A stretch of DNA of 64,000 bases from a virus (Duplodnaviria; Caudoviricetes): IMG/VR virus record IMGVR_UViG_3300034052_000013, positions 18,144 through 82,143 of that record. One strand, written 5' to 3'. A program made the translations under genes and the position numbers. The notes beneath the pieces were generated by a model. It was not told where the DNA came from and ran no database searches. It saw only the letters and a program-made list of their open reading frames with translations. Shown in pieces: positions 20,327 to 29,728 of the stretch (the stretch's first letter is position 1; each line of letters starts with the position of its first letter).

Positions 20327-23300
20327 ATGGCAAGTTGTCCTTATAAAAAAGATCCTGATTGGATTTCATTAGTAGCAAAACATGGTGAGCTTGAAGCTTA
20401 TTACTTATATGTACATAACGGGTATAAAATACCTACAAATGTATCTGAGGTTCCACCTCAACATACTTGGGCTAAAGAAGATGAAGAGTTAGTACAAAAT
20501 TTAAAAGATATTACTCAACTTCGAGAAGAAATACTTATAAGTTTAGTTACCAAAGCAAACATCTTTTCAAAACAAGAGGAATTTACAGGTAACCTTAAAA
20601 CTTTAATAAAAGATTTAGTTGAAGCAGATATTCAAAAAAGTATTATTATTTTCTTAGACAATACTAATAAAAAGATGGAAGCTTTAAAACAAAGAATGAG
20701 AGACAATTCTGATGACATTGAAGCTCTTAAACTTATTAAAGATTTCTCTACAACATACGAATTAGTTTATGATATGGGTAGAGTGTTGGCAAAATCTGAT
20801 AAAACCTCTTCTAAAAAATTAAAAAAGTATATTAATAAAATAAAAGGTGACCTTAGTGAACTTAATGACATGTATATCAGATACTCTAGGGATATTCTTG
20901 CAAAAAGTTTAGCTCAACACTCAACTGTTATTCGTCATGAATACAAAGTAAAGTTTGCAAAAGAGTTTAAAGATAATCATGATAAAAAATCATTTAAAGA
21001 TGAAGCTACTTATGAAGAAGCTAAATTTAAATATGTAGATGAAAACATTACACGATTACACGACCAAATACAAAAAGAGGAAGAGCAAAATATTAAAAGA
21101 TTATTAATAACAGCTCCTGAAGATATTAGTGAAATAGTTAAGTCTATATCAGACCCTAGAAATATTAAAGACCATATTTTACAATTGGCTGTTCTTACTT
21201 TAGATAATGCAGACCATAGAGCATATTCACAATTTATCGAAGATGAAAGAACTGTTTTAGAAAAGTTTAAAAACTTTCAAGGAAAACGTGGAGCTGTGAT
21301 GACTGACCAAACTAAATTGTACAATGGTATTATTGAAAAGATAGATGGTGTTGAAACACAATACTATGTGAGAAAACATTACAGCACTTATTATGAAGCT
21401 TTAAATAGATTTTTTAAAGAGCGTAAATCTCTTATAGATGAAAGAGATTATTATGAACATAAAGACCTTGAAAAATATAATGAACTTGTACAAAAAGAGC
21501 AAGAGTTGGTGACAGAATTTAGAGATAAATGGTTCGATATGCCTTCTGATGCAAAAAGTAATACAGATTTTTGGCATGCAATTAAGTATGATAAATGGGT
21601 TAAACAAGAATTTGTTAACCCTCAATTCACAAATATGTCTGCAGATACTAAACAAATGTACGATTTTTTAATTGAGTTTAACCAGGAGTCAGATAAATTA
21701 GTTCCATATCGTGCACGTCTAGGGTACAGATTACCTTCTGTAGATAAAACTAAAAGTGAAAAGATTCAAAGTTCTTTAAAGAAAGAAGGTTCTGTTTGGG
21801 GAAATATTAAACGTAGTGTACAACAAACTTTAGGTCTTGTTGAAAGTGATACAGAGTTTGGGGATTTAGAAACTTCAGTTGATAGTGAAGGTAATAAGAT
21901 AATAAAAGTTATTCGTGATGTTGGTGGTAAAGCTTATGAACACATAGCAGTACCTTTTAGACAACCAATTAGTGCACAAAACCAATCTTATGATTTAGTT
22001 GGTATGGCTTTATCTAATAGATATGTCTCACTCAACTATGCTGAGAAATCGAATATAAAGGTCGAATTAGAGGTTTTAAAAGATATTACAGCAGATAGGA
22101 CTGTAGTTAAACGAAAAGGTCTTAAAACGCAAGTTATACATGCTTTTAATTATGAAAAATTAACGGGTGAAGAGTTGTCAAATATTCCAGACACTCTTAA
22201 AGGTATAGAAAGTAAATCTCATAAACGATTAGTGTCACTTTTAGAAGACAGGTTATATGGTAAACATAATGTGCCTACAATGATTGGTAGTGTGTCTATG
22301 GATAAAGTTGCTTCATTACTTACAGGTTGGTCAGCTGATTTAATGTTGATTACAAATGTTTGGGGTGCTGTTGCAAATACATTGAATGGAAAAACTATGA
22401 ACTTTTTAGAAGGTACTAGACGTATTCACTATGATAGAAAAAACTTAAGACATGCAGAGGTTTCTTATTGGAAAGATATGGGTAATATTGCAATGGATTT
22501 TGAAGAACTTTCTCCTAATAGTATTACCAATATTTTAATGCAAGAGTTTTTAGACTCTTCTATAAATTTTGACCCCCTTTCTAATAACTTAGTTAAAGAT
22601 AATAAAGTTAAAAGGTTATTCAATAAAAAAACTTTACATGCTGCTAATACAATGGCAGAACATTATATTCAAGGCACACTTATGTACGCTGTTTTAGACA
22701 ATTATAAAATATTAAAAGACGGTAAATATATAGATGCTAAAGGTAATGTTACTACAAGAGAAAATGCTTTAACTTTACGTGAAGCTTTTAAAAATGTAAA
22801 AGGAAAAGCAACCTTACCAAATGGGTATACTGTAGAAGGTTTTTCACAAAAACAAATGGAAGAAGGTTTGTATAAAGAAATTATTCGTAGAAAAATTAAG
22901 GATGTCACAGCAGATTTACAGGGTCAATATGACAGTGTAAATAAAGCTGAATGGGAACGTATGTTCTATGCTAAATTAGTTTTATTCTTACGTAAATGGG
23001 TTATTAGAGGTTCTCAAAGAAGATTTATGGGATTAAAATATGTAACTACAGATTTTAATGAGATGAGTAGAGATGATAAATTTTATTCTGAAGCTGCTCA
23101 AGAATATAAGGAAGGTACTTACACTACAATGTTTAGATTTTTTAACTCAGCTAGAAAAAATTTAATCTCTTTAAAAGGGCAAACAGAAACTTTATCAATT
23201 GGAGATAAGTGGAAAGATTTGTCTGATTATGAACAAGCTCAAATTAGATCTGCTTTAACTGAAATATTAATTTTATCTGTCACATTTTTAACAGCAAAAC

Positions 23301-23671
23301 TTATTTATGGACTGTCTAAAGGTGATAAGGATGATGATAAAATGTTACTTACAACAGCTTATTTTTCTAGAAGGTTATTTGGAGAGCTAGTTTTTTACTT
23401 ACCAATACTAAGCCCTTCAGATGCTTTAAGAACTGTTAGAACCCCTTCAGCTACACTTTCTACAATTGAAAGTTTAACTAAATTCATTGACCAATTTGTT
23501 TTTGAAGATTTATTTGCAGATGAATGGGAGACATATCAAAGAGGTAGACATAAAGGTGAATCTAAATCTTGGGTGATGTTTAATAAGACATTTAACCCTT
23601 TATATAAAAACTATTTAGACAGAGATATAGAAGATTCTGCAAATAGATTATTTAATGTTGGTGTAAGATAA
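20327..23671 (+). CDS. Large virion cargo protein of the vRNAP cluster (phi14:2 gp67-like position)
   Basis: ATG at 20327 preferred over GTG 20318 because it follows the RNAP stop by 2 nt. Helical protein with a hydrophobic segment near the C-terminus (EILILSVTFLTAKLIYGL). Confidence 0.6.
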   Translation: MASCPYKKDPDWISLVAKHGELEAYYLYVHNGYKIPTNVSEVPPQHTWAKEDEELVQNLKDITQLREEILISLVTKANIFSKQEEFTGNLKTLIKDLVEADIQKSIIIFLDNTNKKMEALKQRMRDNSDDIEALKLIKDFSTTYELVYDMGRVLAKSDKTSSKKLKKYINKIKGDLSELNDMYIRYSRDILAKSLAQHSTVIRHEYKVKFAKEFKDNHDKKSFKDEATYEEAKFKYVDENITRLHDQIQKEEEQNIKRLLITAPEDISEIVKSISDPRNIKDHILQLAVLTLDNADHRAYSQFIEDERTVLEKFKNFQGKRGAVMTDQTKLYNGIIEKIDGVETQYYVRKHYSTYYEALNRFFKERKSLIDERDYYEHKDLEKYNELVQKEQELVTEFRDKWFDMPSDAKSNTDFWHAIKYDKWVKQEFVNPQFTNMSADTKQMYDFLIEFNQESDKLVPYRARLGYRLPSVDKTKSEKIQSSLKKEGSVWGNIKRSVQQTLGLVESDTEFGDLETSVDSEGNKIIKVIRDVGGKAYEHIAVPFRQPISAQNQSYDLVGMALSNRYVSLNYAEKSNIKVELEVLKDITADRTVVKRKGLKTQVIHAFNYEKLTGEELSNIPDTLKGIESKSHKRLVSLLEDRLYGKHNVPTMIGSVSMDKVASLLTGWSADLMLITNVWGAVANTLNGKTMNFLEGTRRIHYDRKNLRHAEVSYWKDMGNIAMDFEELSPNSITNILMQEFLDSSINFDPLSNNLVKDNKVKRLFNKKTLHAANTMAEHYIQGTLMYAVLDNYKILKDGKYIDAKGNVTTRENALTLREAFKNVKGKATLPNGYTVEGFSQKQMEEGLYKEIIRRKIKDVTADLQGQYDSVNKAEWERMFYAKLVLFLRKWVIRGSQRRFMGLKYVTTDFNEMSRDDKFYSEAAQEYKEGTYTTMFRFFNSARKNLISLKGQTETLSIGDKWKDLSDYEQAQIRSALTEILILSVTFLTAKLIYGLSKGDKDDDKMLLTTAYFSRRLFGELVFYLPILSPSDALRTVRTPSATLSTIESLTKFIDQFVFEDLFADEWETYQRGRHKGESKSWVMFNKTFNPLYKNYLDRDIEDSANRLFNVGVR

Positions 23672-23682
23672 TAAAAATGTTG

Positions 23683-23690
23683 TATATTTG
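23683..23690 (+). promoter_or_regulatory. -7 promoter box upstream of tail fibre gene
   Basis: TATATTTG within TTGTATATTTGTA in the short intergenic gap. Confidence 0.7.
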
Positions 23691-23705
23691 TAAAAAATAG
23701 TGATT

Positions 23706-25919
23706 ATGAAATTAAATAAATTGACGAATGCAGATACTATCAATTTAATTGAAAATGCTTCTGAGCTTAAGCAATTAAATAAGTATCAGTCTAAAGATTT
23801 TGTAGAGGATTTTATAGGGCTTAGTTTAGCTAGGTCTGGTTTTTATGGAATTTTAGATGGTGAATCTGCTAGACCTATAAAAAATAGCCAAACAAGTTTT
23901 AACTCTAAAAGAGATTTTACAATCCTTATCGAAGGGTATGTTGAATTGATTAAAGAACCAGTTAATACTGGAACAGGAATTATATCTTATACGGGATATG
24001 GGGTGCTTGTTGTAGGTGGAAGTGTTGTTTATGATGGACGTGTTATTCAAGTCTCAGAAGACCTTGCTTCTTTAGAAGAAGATGTTGAAACAATAGAAGA
24101 AACTTTACCTTTAAAAGCAGATTTAGTAGGGGGACTTGTTCCAGCAGAACAATTACCTTCTTATGTTGATGATATTATAGAAGTCGCAAATTATGCAGCT
24201 TTACCAGACCCAGGTGAAGCTGGTAAAATTTATATCACTTTAGATACAGGAAATTCTTACAGATGGAGTGGTAGTGTTTATGTAGATTTTTCTGCAAGTA
24301 TTAACCAAACTCAAACTAAATATGTAGATTCAATTTATGGGTCTAATGCTGGAAATGGTACGATAGCAAAACCTTACCAAACCCCAGAACATGCTATTAC
24401 ACAAATAGACCCTATTATAGAAACATTTTCAGCAAACACAACACTTAACAGTAATTCAATCTTTATACCAACAGGTTTAACAGCTAATATGACTGTAGGT
24501 AGAATGATTTGTGGTACAGGTATTCCTTATGGCACAACGATTATTGGAGCAGGTAGTCCTAATGCTTTAACAATATCACAAAATGCTACTGCAAATGGTA
24601 CAGGTGTTTCTCTTACAGTAGAAGAAGAGATTACTATTAAAACATTTGGTAATTTTGAGATAACAGCAAGTCAAATATTTAAAGATGGTGTTAATTGGGA
24701 TTTCGGGGATAGTGTGATTACTTGGGGTGACCTTACATTGTTTGATATAACTACAGTATTGAAACATGACTTTAAAGTAATAGGGGGAAGATTTGTAGGT
24801 ATTCATGCAAATAGCTACATGTATCGTAACTCATCAGCACAAAACATTGAAAATATAATCGAATTTAATAATATGCAAGGTTATTCAATAACCACTAGTT
24901 ATTTGTTTTACGATTGGGTTAGTTTTGATTCAACATTTAAAATACGTAATTGTAAATTTTCTGCACCTTTTGGAAGATTAGGGAAAATAGCCAAACTAAA
25001 TAACTATATTGATATTCAAGGATATGCACTATTAAGTGGATTTGAACTAGGTGGTAATAATAAAATAGACGGAATTATAACAACACCATCATCTATATTA
25101 GCTTTTTATCAATCTGAAAATGCTAATAGAAATGTAAAAATAGATGCAAATATATTTGGTTCATTATTCCTTACAACAAGAGGAGTGTCACAAATAAATG
25201 GAGACATTACAGGAGATTCTGTATCATTAGGAATGATTGGAAGTACATCTGAAAATATTTTAATAAATGGTGCGGTTGTGTCTAATATGGTAACAAAAAC
25301 AGGTTATGGTACAATAACAATTAATGGGAAGTGGAGTGGTAATATTTCATTATCGGAAGGGACGATAATAAATAATTCAAATACAAATTATTTTAATATT
25401 GCAATAACAGGAAATGGTCGGTTTATAAACAATGCTGACTTTAAAAATAATGGTGGTATTATGTTTGTTTCAATTAATGGAGCCAATGCATATTTTGAAA
25501 ATAATGGATTTTGGTATTCTAATTCAAATGGACAAATGGTTTTATTAACATCGGGAAAGGTTGTTAATAAAGGGACAATAGAAGAAGGATTTTTTTATGC
25601 TCCTATTGTTCAAAATGGTGGAACATTTATAAATGATGGAACTTTAATACAATCAGATACGGGAAATCCAAATGCGTGTCTTATAAAATCAGCAGGAACA
25701 TTTGTAAATGACGGTGGTCAGTTAAAAACTGTTGGGAGTAAATCTCCTATTAAATGTACAGCAGACACATCAGCATCAAAAGATATATATGTATTAGGTT
25801 GTACTACTAACTGTGATGGCACTACTTATGGGTTACTTTTTGCTTTTGATGGTGGAAGTTTTGCACCAAACCCAATAATACTTAATAATTTAAACGAAGC
25901 AACAACTTATATTTGGTAA
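23706..25919 (+). CDS. Tail fibre/spike (receptor-binding) protein
   Basis: KADLVGGLVPAEQLPSYVDDIIE...GKIYITLDTGNSYRWSGSVY is a widespread phage fibre motif. It is followed by an Asn/Gly/Ile-rich beta-helix-like region. Confidence 0.65.
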   Translation: MKLNKLTNADTINLIENASELKQLNKYQSKDFVEDFIGLSLARSGFYGILDGESARPIKNSQTSFNSKRDFTILIEGYVELIKEPVNTGTGIISYTGYGVLVVGGSVVYDGRVIQVSEDLASLEEDVETIEETLPLKADLVGGLVPAEQLPSYVDDIIEVANYAALPDPGEAGKIYITLDTGNSYRWSGSVYVDFSASINQTQTKYVDSIYGSNAGNGTIAKPYQTPEHAITQIDPIIETFSANTTLNSNSIFIPTGLTANMTVGRMICGTGIPYGTTIIGAGSPNALTISQNATANGTGVSLTVEEEITIKTFGNFEITASQIFKDGVNWDFGDSVITWGDLTLFDITTVLKHDFKVIGGRFVGIHANSYMYRNSSAQNIENIIEFNNMQGYSITTSYLFYDWVSFDSTFKIRNCKFSAPFGRLGKIAKLNNYIDIQGYALLSGFELGGNNKIDGIITTPSSILAFYQSENANRNVKIDANIFGSLFLTTRGVSQINGDITGDSVSLGMIGSTSENILINGAVVSNMVTKTGYGTITINGKWSGNISLSEGTIINNSNTNYFNIAITGNGRFINNADFKNNGGIMFVSINGANAYFENNGFWYSNSNGQMVLLTSGKVVNKGTIEEGFFYAPIVQNGGTFINDGTLIQSDTGNPNACLIKSAGTFVNDGGQLKTVGSKSPIKCTADTSASKDIYVLGCTTNCDGTTYGLLFAFDGGSFAPNPIILNNLNEATTYIW

Positions 25920-25921
25920 TT

Positions 25922-26323
25922 ATGGAATTAAAACAAATAATATTAAACAATGAATATAGACGTTTTGTTATAGTAACAGATGTCAATAATGTAGGAATTA
26001 AACTAGATGATGACAATGTAGACGATGGTTTTGTTGTGTTAAATGATGAAGAAGATTTAATAACAAATAAGGCATTTGATGCAGTGTTGTTTATCCTAGA
26101 AAATGGTACACAAGAAACAAGTTTACAATATGCTATATATAGTGGAGATGGAGATAGTCTTAATGTACAGTCTTTAAATAATAAAGTGTTTGACACTGGT
26201 TCGGCACAAGTATATGCACAAGGACTTCCTACTGATACTCCAGAGGTTAAATCTAAAAAACTACAATCAATATTAGATTTAACAGATTTTAAGAGAATGT
26301 GTGTTGAAATAATAAATAGATAG
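25922..26323 (+). CDS. Hypothetical protein (probable virion accessory)
   Basis: ORF starts 2 nt after the fibre stop and is tightly packed with its neighbours. Confidence 0.55.
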   Translation: MELKQIILNNEYRRFVIVTDVNNVGIKLDDDNVDDGFVVLNDEEDLITNKAFDAVLFILENGTQETSLQYAIYSGDGDSLNVQSLNNKVFDTGSAQVYAQGLPTDTPEVKSKKLQSILDLTDFKRMCVEIINR

Positions 26324-26325
26324 TT

Positions 26326-26937
26326 ATGGCAAAGACAATATTTGGAAACCTATATTTAAAAGTAGTTGATGCTGCAACAAGAATATTTCAGTTGGAGCAA
26401 GGTAACTATGATGATATGTTAGGTCAGTTGAGGACTGCTTTAACAGGTGCAGCACAATGGAATCTAAAACAAATATCTAATACAGGTTTTATTGCTGGGT
26501 TTTTACGTAATAATAGTGGTGATTTTTATCAATGTACTATTCAAGTCCCTCATAGACGACAATTAGGAAGTGTTCTAGGAGATATTCATGCACATTATGT
26601 ATTAGATACGGCAGCAACTGCTGGTCAAGAGATTATATTTACAGGTAAATATACTTGGCTTAAAGTTGGTGATACAATACCTGCTGATGCTTCATGGACA
26701 GATTTTGGAACAATGACATTAACAGTACCAGTTGGAGGCTATCCTCAATGGTATTATGGTTTATTTGGTTTTGCAACTGAGATTAATCCCCCTGCTGATG
26801 AAGGATATGGTGGTATGCTATTAATAAAGATTACAAGAGGTAATGGTAGTTATGGTGGAGAGATAGGTATATTAGATACTGATGCTCACAGTAGAATGGA
26901 TAAATTTGGCAGTATTAATCGCTTTACAGATATATAA
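26326..26937 (+). CDS. Probable small beta-rich virion/fibre protein
   Basis: 203 aa, Gly/aromatic-rich, begins MAKTIFGN. Stop overlaps the next start (TAATG). Confidence 0.55.
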   Translation: MAKTIFGNLYLKVVDAATRIFQLEQGNYDDMLGQLRTALTGAAQWNLKQISNTGFIAGFLRNNSGDFYQCTIQVPHRRQLGSVLGDIHAHYVLDTAATAGQEIIFTGKYTWLKVGDTIPADASWTDFGTMTLTVPVGGYPQWYYGLFGFATEINPPADEGYGGMLLIKITRGNGSYGGEIGILDTDAHSRMDKFGSINRFTDI

Positions 26938-27452
26938 TGGCTAAAACTAGATTTGGAGATATATTGAGAATTAAAAGTAATGGGTTTATAGACTATAATG
27001 ATTTAGCAACTCAAAGTGTCCCTATTGCTTATACTTCTGGTACTATTAAAATAACAAATGATGGGTTAGGAGCCTATACTCAAGATACATATAAACCAAA
27101 AGGTAGTTCACCTTTATGGAAAACAGATGTAAATCAGTTTGATTTTTCAAGTTTAGATATTGGAAATGAAGCAATGGTTCGTATAGATGTTGAAGTAGAG
27201 ACGACTGTAAGTAATCAAGAGGTTTGTTTTGATATGGTATTTGGAATTGGAGAGTCAGAATATTCTTTAAATGTAGAAACGGTATCATATAAAACTGCCG
27301 GTTGGCATAAAATTGTAAGAGCTTGTCATTTTTACATTGGCAATACCATAACAAAGAATAACCCGGCAGAACTTAGATTTCATTCTGATGGTGATGATAA
27401 TGCAAATATTAAAGTAAATGGATTTTATATAAGTGTATTAAGAAGATTGTAA
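26937..27452 (+). CDS. Probable small beta-rich virion/fibre protein
   Basis: 171 aa, alternating hydrophobic beta-strand pattern, begins MAKTRFGD. Confidence 0.55.
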   Translation: MAKTRFGDILRIKSNGFIDYNDLATQSVPIAYTSGTIKITNDGLGAYTQDTYKPKGSSPLWKTDVNQFDFSSLDIGNEAMVRIDVEVETTVSNQEVCFDMVFGIGESEYSLNVETVSYKTAGWHKIVRACHFYIGNTITKNNPAELRFHSDGDDNANIKVNGFYISVLRRL

Positions 27453-27463
27453 TAAATATTTTG

Positions 27464-27471
27464 TATATTTG
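27464..27471 (+). promoter_or_regulatory. -7 promoter box upstream of the lysis block
   Basis: TATATTTG within TTGTATATTTGTATA. The ORF-track TTG start at 27461 is just this motif translated. Confidence 0.7.
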
Positions 27472-27487
27472 TATAAATATAATTGCT

Positions 27488-27676
27488 ATGGAAATAATCT
27501 TAGAAGAAGTAGAAAAACAAGCTTCAATAAACTTAAAAAAAGAGGAAATAAAACTTCGTAGAAAAAATGAAGATTTAATTTTCATATCATTTTCAGAACT
27601 TTCTGAAGAAGATCAAAAACTAGTCAGTCAAATATTTAATTTAATTAATAAACTTAATAAGAGTAAGGGGGTTTAA
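27488..27676 (+). CDS. Small hypothetical protein
   Basis: 62 aa from ATG 27488, just downstream of the promoter box. Confidence 0.55.
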   Translation: MEIILEEVEKQASINLKKEEIKLRRKNEDLIFISFSELSEEDQKLVSQIFNLINKLNKSKGV

Positions 27677-27677
27677 A

Positions 27678-28124
27678 ATGGTGAATTTGGTCATATCTTT
27701 AGTAACAGTAATTGTTGGAATTGTTGGTGTTTATTGGAAACTTGTATTAAAAATACAAGCTTTACGTATACAATTTAATACATTAAAAGAAGAATTTGAT
27801 GAACATAAAAAACAAACTCCAATATGTTTAAAAAATTTTGAAGATATGAATAAAAGCATAGCTCTTCTTCAAACTGAAGAGCGTATTAAAGAGCAGTATC
27901 AGACACAAATAATAAAAGATTTACTAGCTCCTATGATAAAAGATATTACAGCTACACTTTCAGAATATGTAGATATTAAAACAGGTGTTATTACTAGAGA
28001 GGTAGAATATTTGAAGACTGAAAATGTAGAATTTAAAAAAGATATAAAAGAACTTTTTATTGATTTTAAAGAACATACAGAAAAAATGATTGACAGATTA
28101 GTTGATAAAAAATCTAAATCGTAA
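27678..28124 (+). CDS. Putative holin-like membrane protein
   Basis: One N-terminal hydrophobic helix (LVISLVTVIVGIVGVYW), coiled coil, basic C-terminus, close to the endolysin. Confidence 0.45.
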   Translation: MVNLVISLVTVIVGIVGVYWKLVLKIQALRIQFNTLKEEFDEHKKQTPICLKNFEDMNKSIALLQTEERIKEQYQTQIIKDLLAPMIKDITATLSEYVDIKTGVITREVEYLKTENVEFKKDIKELFIDFKEHTEKMIDRLVDKKSKS

Positions 28125-28127
28125 ATT

Positions 28128-29246
28128 ATGAAAAATTCACAATTAATATTATCTACTTTTACGGATAATCATACACATGTCTTTGATGAGAAGTGTGTTG
28201 CTGATGGGTATATAGGACATCCATTATTACAAAAACTTGTGAATACTTATCCTAAAACAGTCACTTGGATTTTAGATAAAATTATACCTTCTAAAAAAGA
28301 TACTTTAAGTAAGTATGCTTCTTTTACAAGGAGTGTCAATCGTACTATGTTACAAAACTTAAATGAGTTAAAGAAACTTTATCCTAAAAACACAAGTTTT
28401 GCTGTTCTTGCTATTAATATGCATTACATGAAAGCAGGTAAAGTTGAAAAACCTTTTGCTAAGCAGATGCAAGAATTAATAGGTTTAAAACAAGCAGGGG
28501 AACCTATTTTAATTTATTACCATGCTGTACCAGATGATCCAGAATGCATGTCTTTATTAGACAAATATAAAGATAAGATTGAAGGTATTAAAATTTACCC
28601 TTTAATGGGATATTTCCCTTATGATAAGTGTATGTTTGAGGTTTATCAAATTTGTTCGGATTTAAACCTTCCTGTAATATCTCATACAGCACCTGTAAAC
28701 CCTACACATTATAGAGATGAAAATGATATCCACCAACGTTTAGAAAATTCTGTAATAACTTTAATGCCAGATACAAAAACTCAAGCAGAATTGTGTGCTA
28801 ATTTTTCACACCCTTTGAATTTACGATATACAGCAAAACAATTTCTAAAAGTTAATTTTTGTGCTGCCCATTTAGGTGGTAAGGATGAAATACAAAAGTT
28901 TATAGATAATAATGAAATAGATTATATCATAGGTAAACGTAGATTAGGTACTAAAAAATTACATGATTTATCTTGGACTTACCACATCTTACAAGCTTGT
29001 ATAGATTTACCTAATTTTTATACTGACACTAGTTTTTCTATTTCTAATCCAGAATATTATAATTTAATATCTAAATTATTAGATATACCAATCTTACAAA
29101 ATAAGATTCTTTTTGGTTCAGATTATTACATGAATAAAACTGTAGCAACTCAAGACGCTTATTATAGAAATTTTAAAAGTGCAATTGGTATTTTTAAATT
29201 TAGTAAAATTTCAAGAGAAAACCTACTTAAATTCTACAAAATATGA
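28128..29246 (+). CDS. Amidohydrolase-superfamily metallo-hydrolase (Amidohydro_2-like TIM barrel)
   Basis: DNHTH (HxH), GIKIYP, SHT, AAHLGG, YTDTS and LFGSDY appear in canonical order. Confidence 0.85.
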   Translation: MKNSQLILSTFTDNHTHVFDEKCVADGYIGHPLLQKLVNTYPKTVTWILDKIIPSKKDTLSKYASFTRSVNRTMLQNLNELKKLYPKNTSFAVLAINMHYMKAGKVEKPFAKQMQELIGLKQAGEPILIYYHAVPDDPECMSLLDKYKDKIEGIKIYPLMGYFPYDKCMFEVYQICSDLNLPVISHTAPVNPTHYRDENDIHQRLENSVITLMPDTKTQAELCANFSHPLNLRYTAKQFLKVNFCAAHLGGKDEIQKFIDNNEIDYIIGKRRLGTKKLHDLSWTYHILQACIDLPNFYTDTSFSISNPEYYNLISKLLDIPILQNKILFGSDYYMNKTVATQDAYYRNFKSAIGIFKFSKISRENLLKFYKI

Positions 29247-29683
29247 AAAGAGTACAAGTTTCAAAAAACTTTTATTTAGATGAGTATTTTGATAAAGACA
29301 CTTATAAAAAATACGAAGCTTCTGGAGAACTTTGGAAATTATGTTTAAAATTAGATACAAACATAGTTGAAGGTGTTCAACTGTTACGTGATAAATTGGG
29401 TGTTTCTTTAACAATTAACAATTGGCATTCTGGTGGGGTAAGAGAATGGTCTGGTTACAGACCTAAAGGTACACCTTATTATTCAGAAAATTCAATGCAT
29501 TCTATTTGTAGAGCTGTAGATATTGTCTGTTCAATACCTGCAGAAGATGTTAGAACTTTTATCAGAACAAATTGGAATGATTTTAAAAAATACTTTAAAA
29601 GAACAGAAGCTAATACTTCTTGGGTACATTTAGATAGTGGTTTTGTATTAGATTATTCTAAATTAACTTACGTTAACCCTTGA
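29243..29683 (+). CDS. Peptidase M15-family endolysin
   Basis: SKNFYLDEY, SGYR, SMHSICRAVD (H-x6-D) and WVHLD zinc motifs. ATGA overlap with the amidohydrolase stop. Confidence 0.82.
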   Translation: MKRVQVSKNFYLDEYFDKDTYKKYEASGELWKLCLKLDTNIVEGVQLLRDKLGVSLTINNWHSGGVREWSGYRPKGTPYYSENSMHSICRAVDIVCSIPAEDVRTFIRTNWNDFKKYFKRTEANTSWVHLDSGFVLDYSKLTYVNP

Positions 29684-29709
29684 TTTTAAGAAAAAATCTA
29701 GTATCTTTA
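29680..29709 (+). promoter_or_regulatory. Probable Bacteroidota-type promoter (variant -7 box)
   Basis: TTG (29680-82), 19-nt spacer, TATCTTTA (29702-09), 19 nt before ATG 29729. Confidence 0.5.
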
Positions 29710-29728
29710 CATTAAAATAATAATAAAT

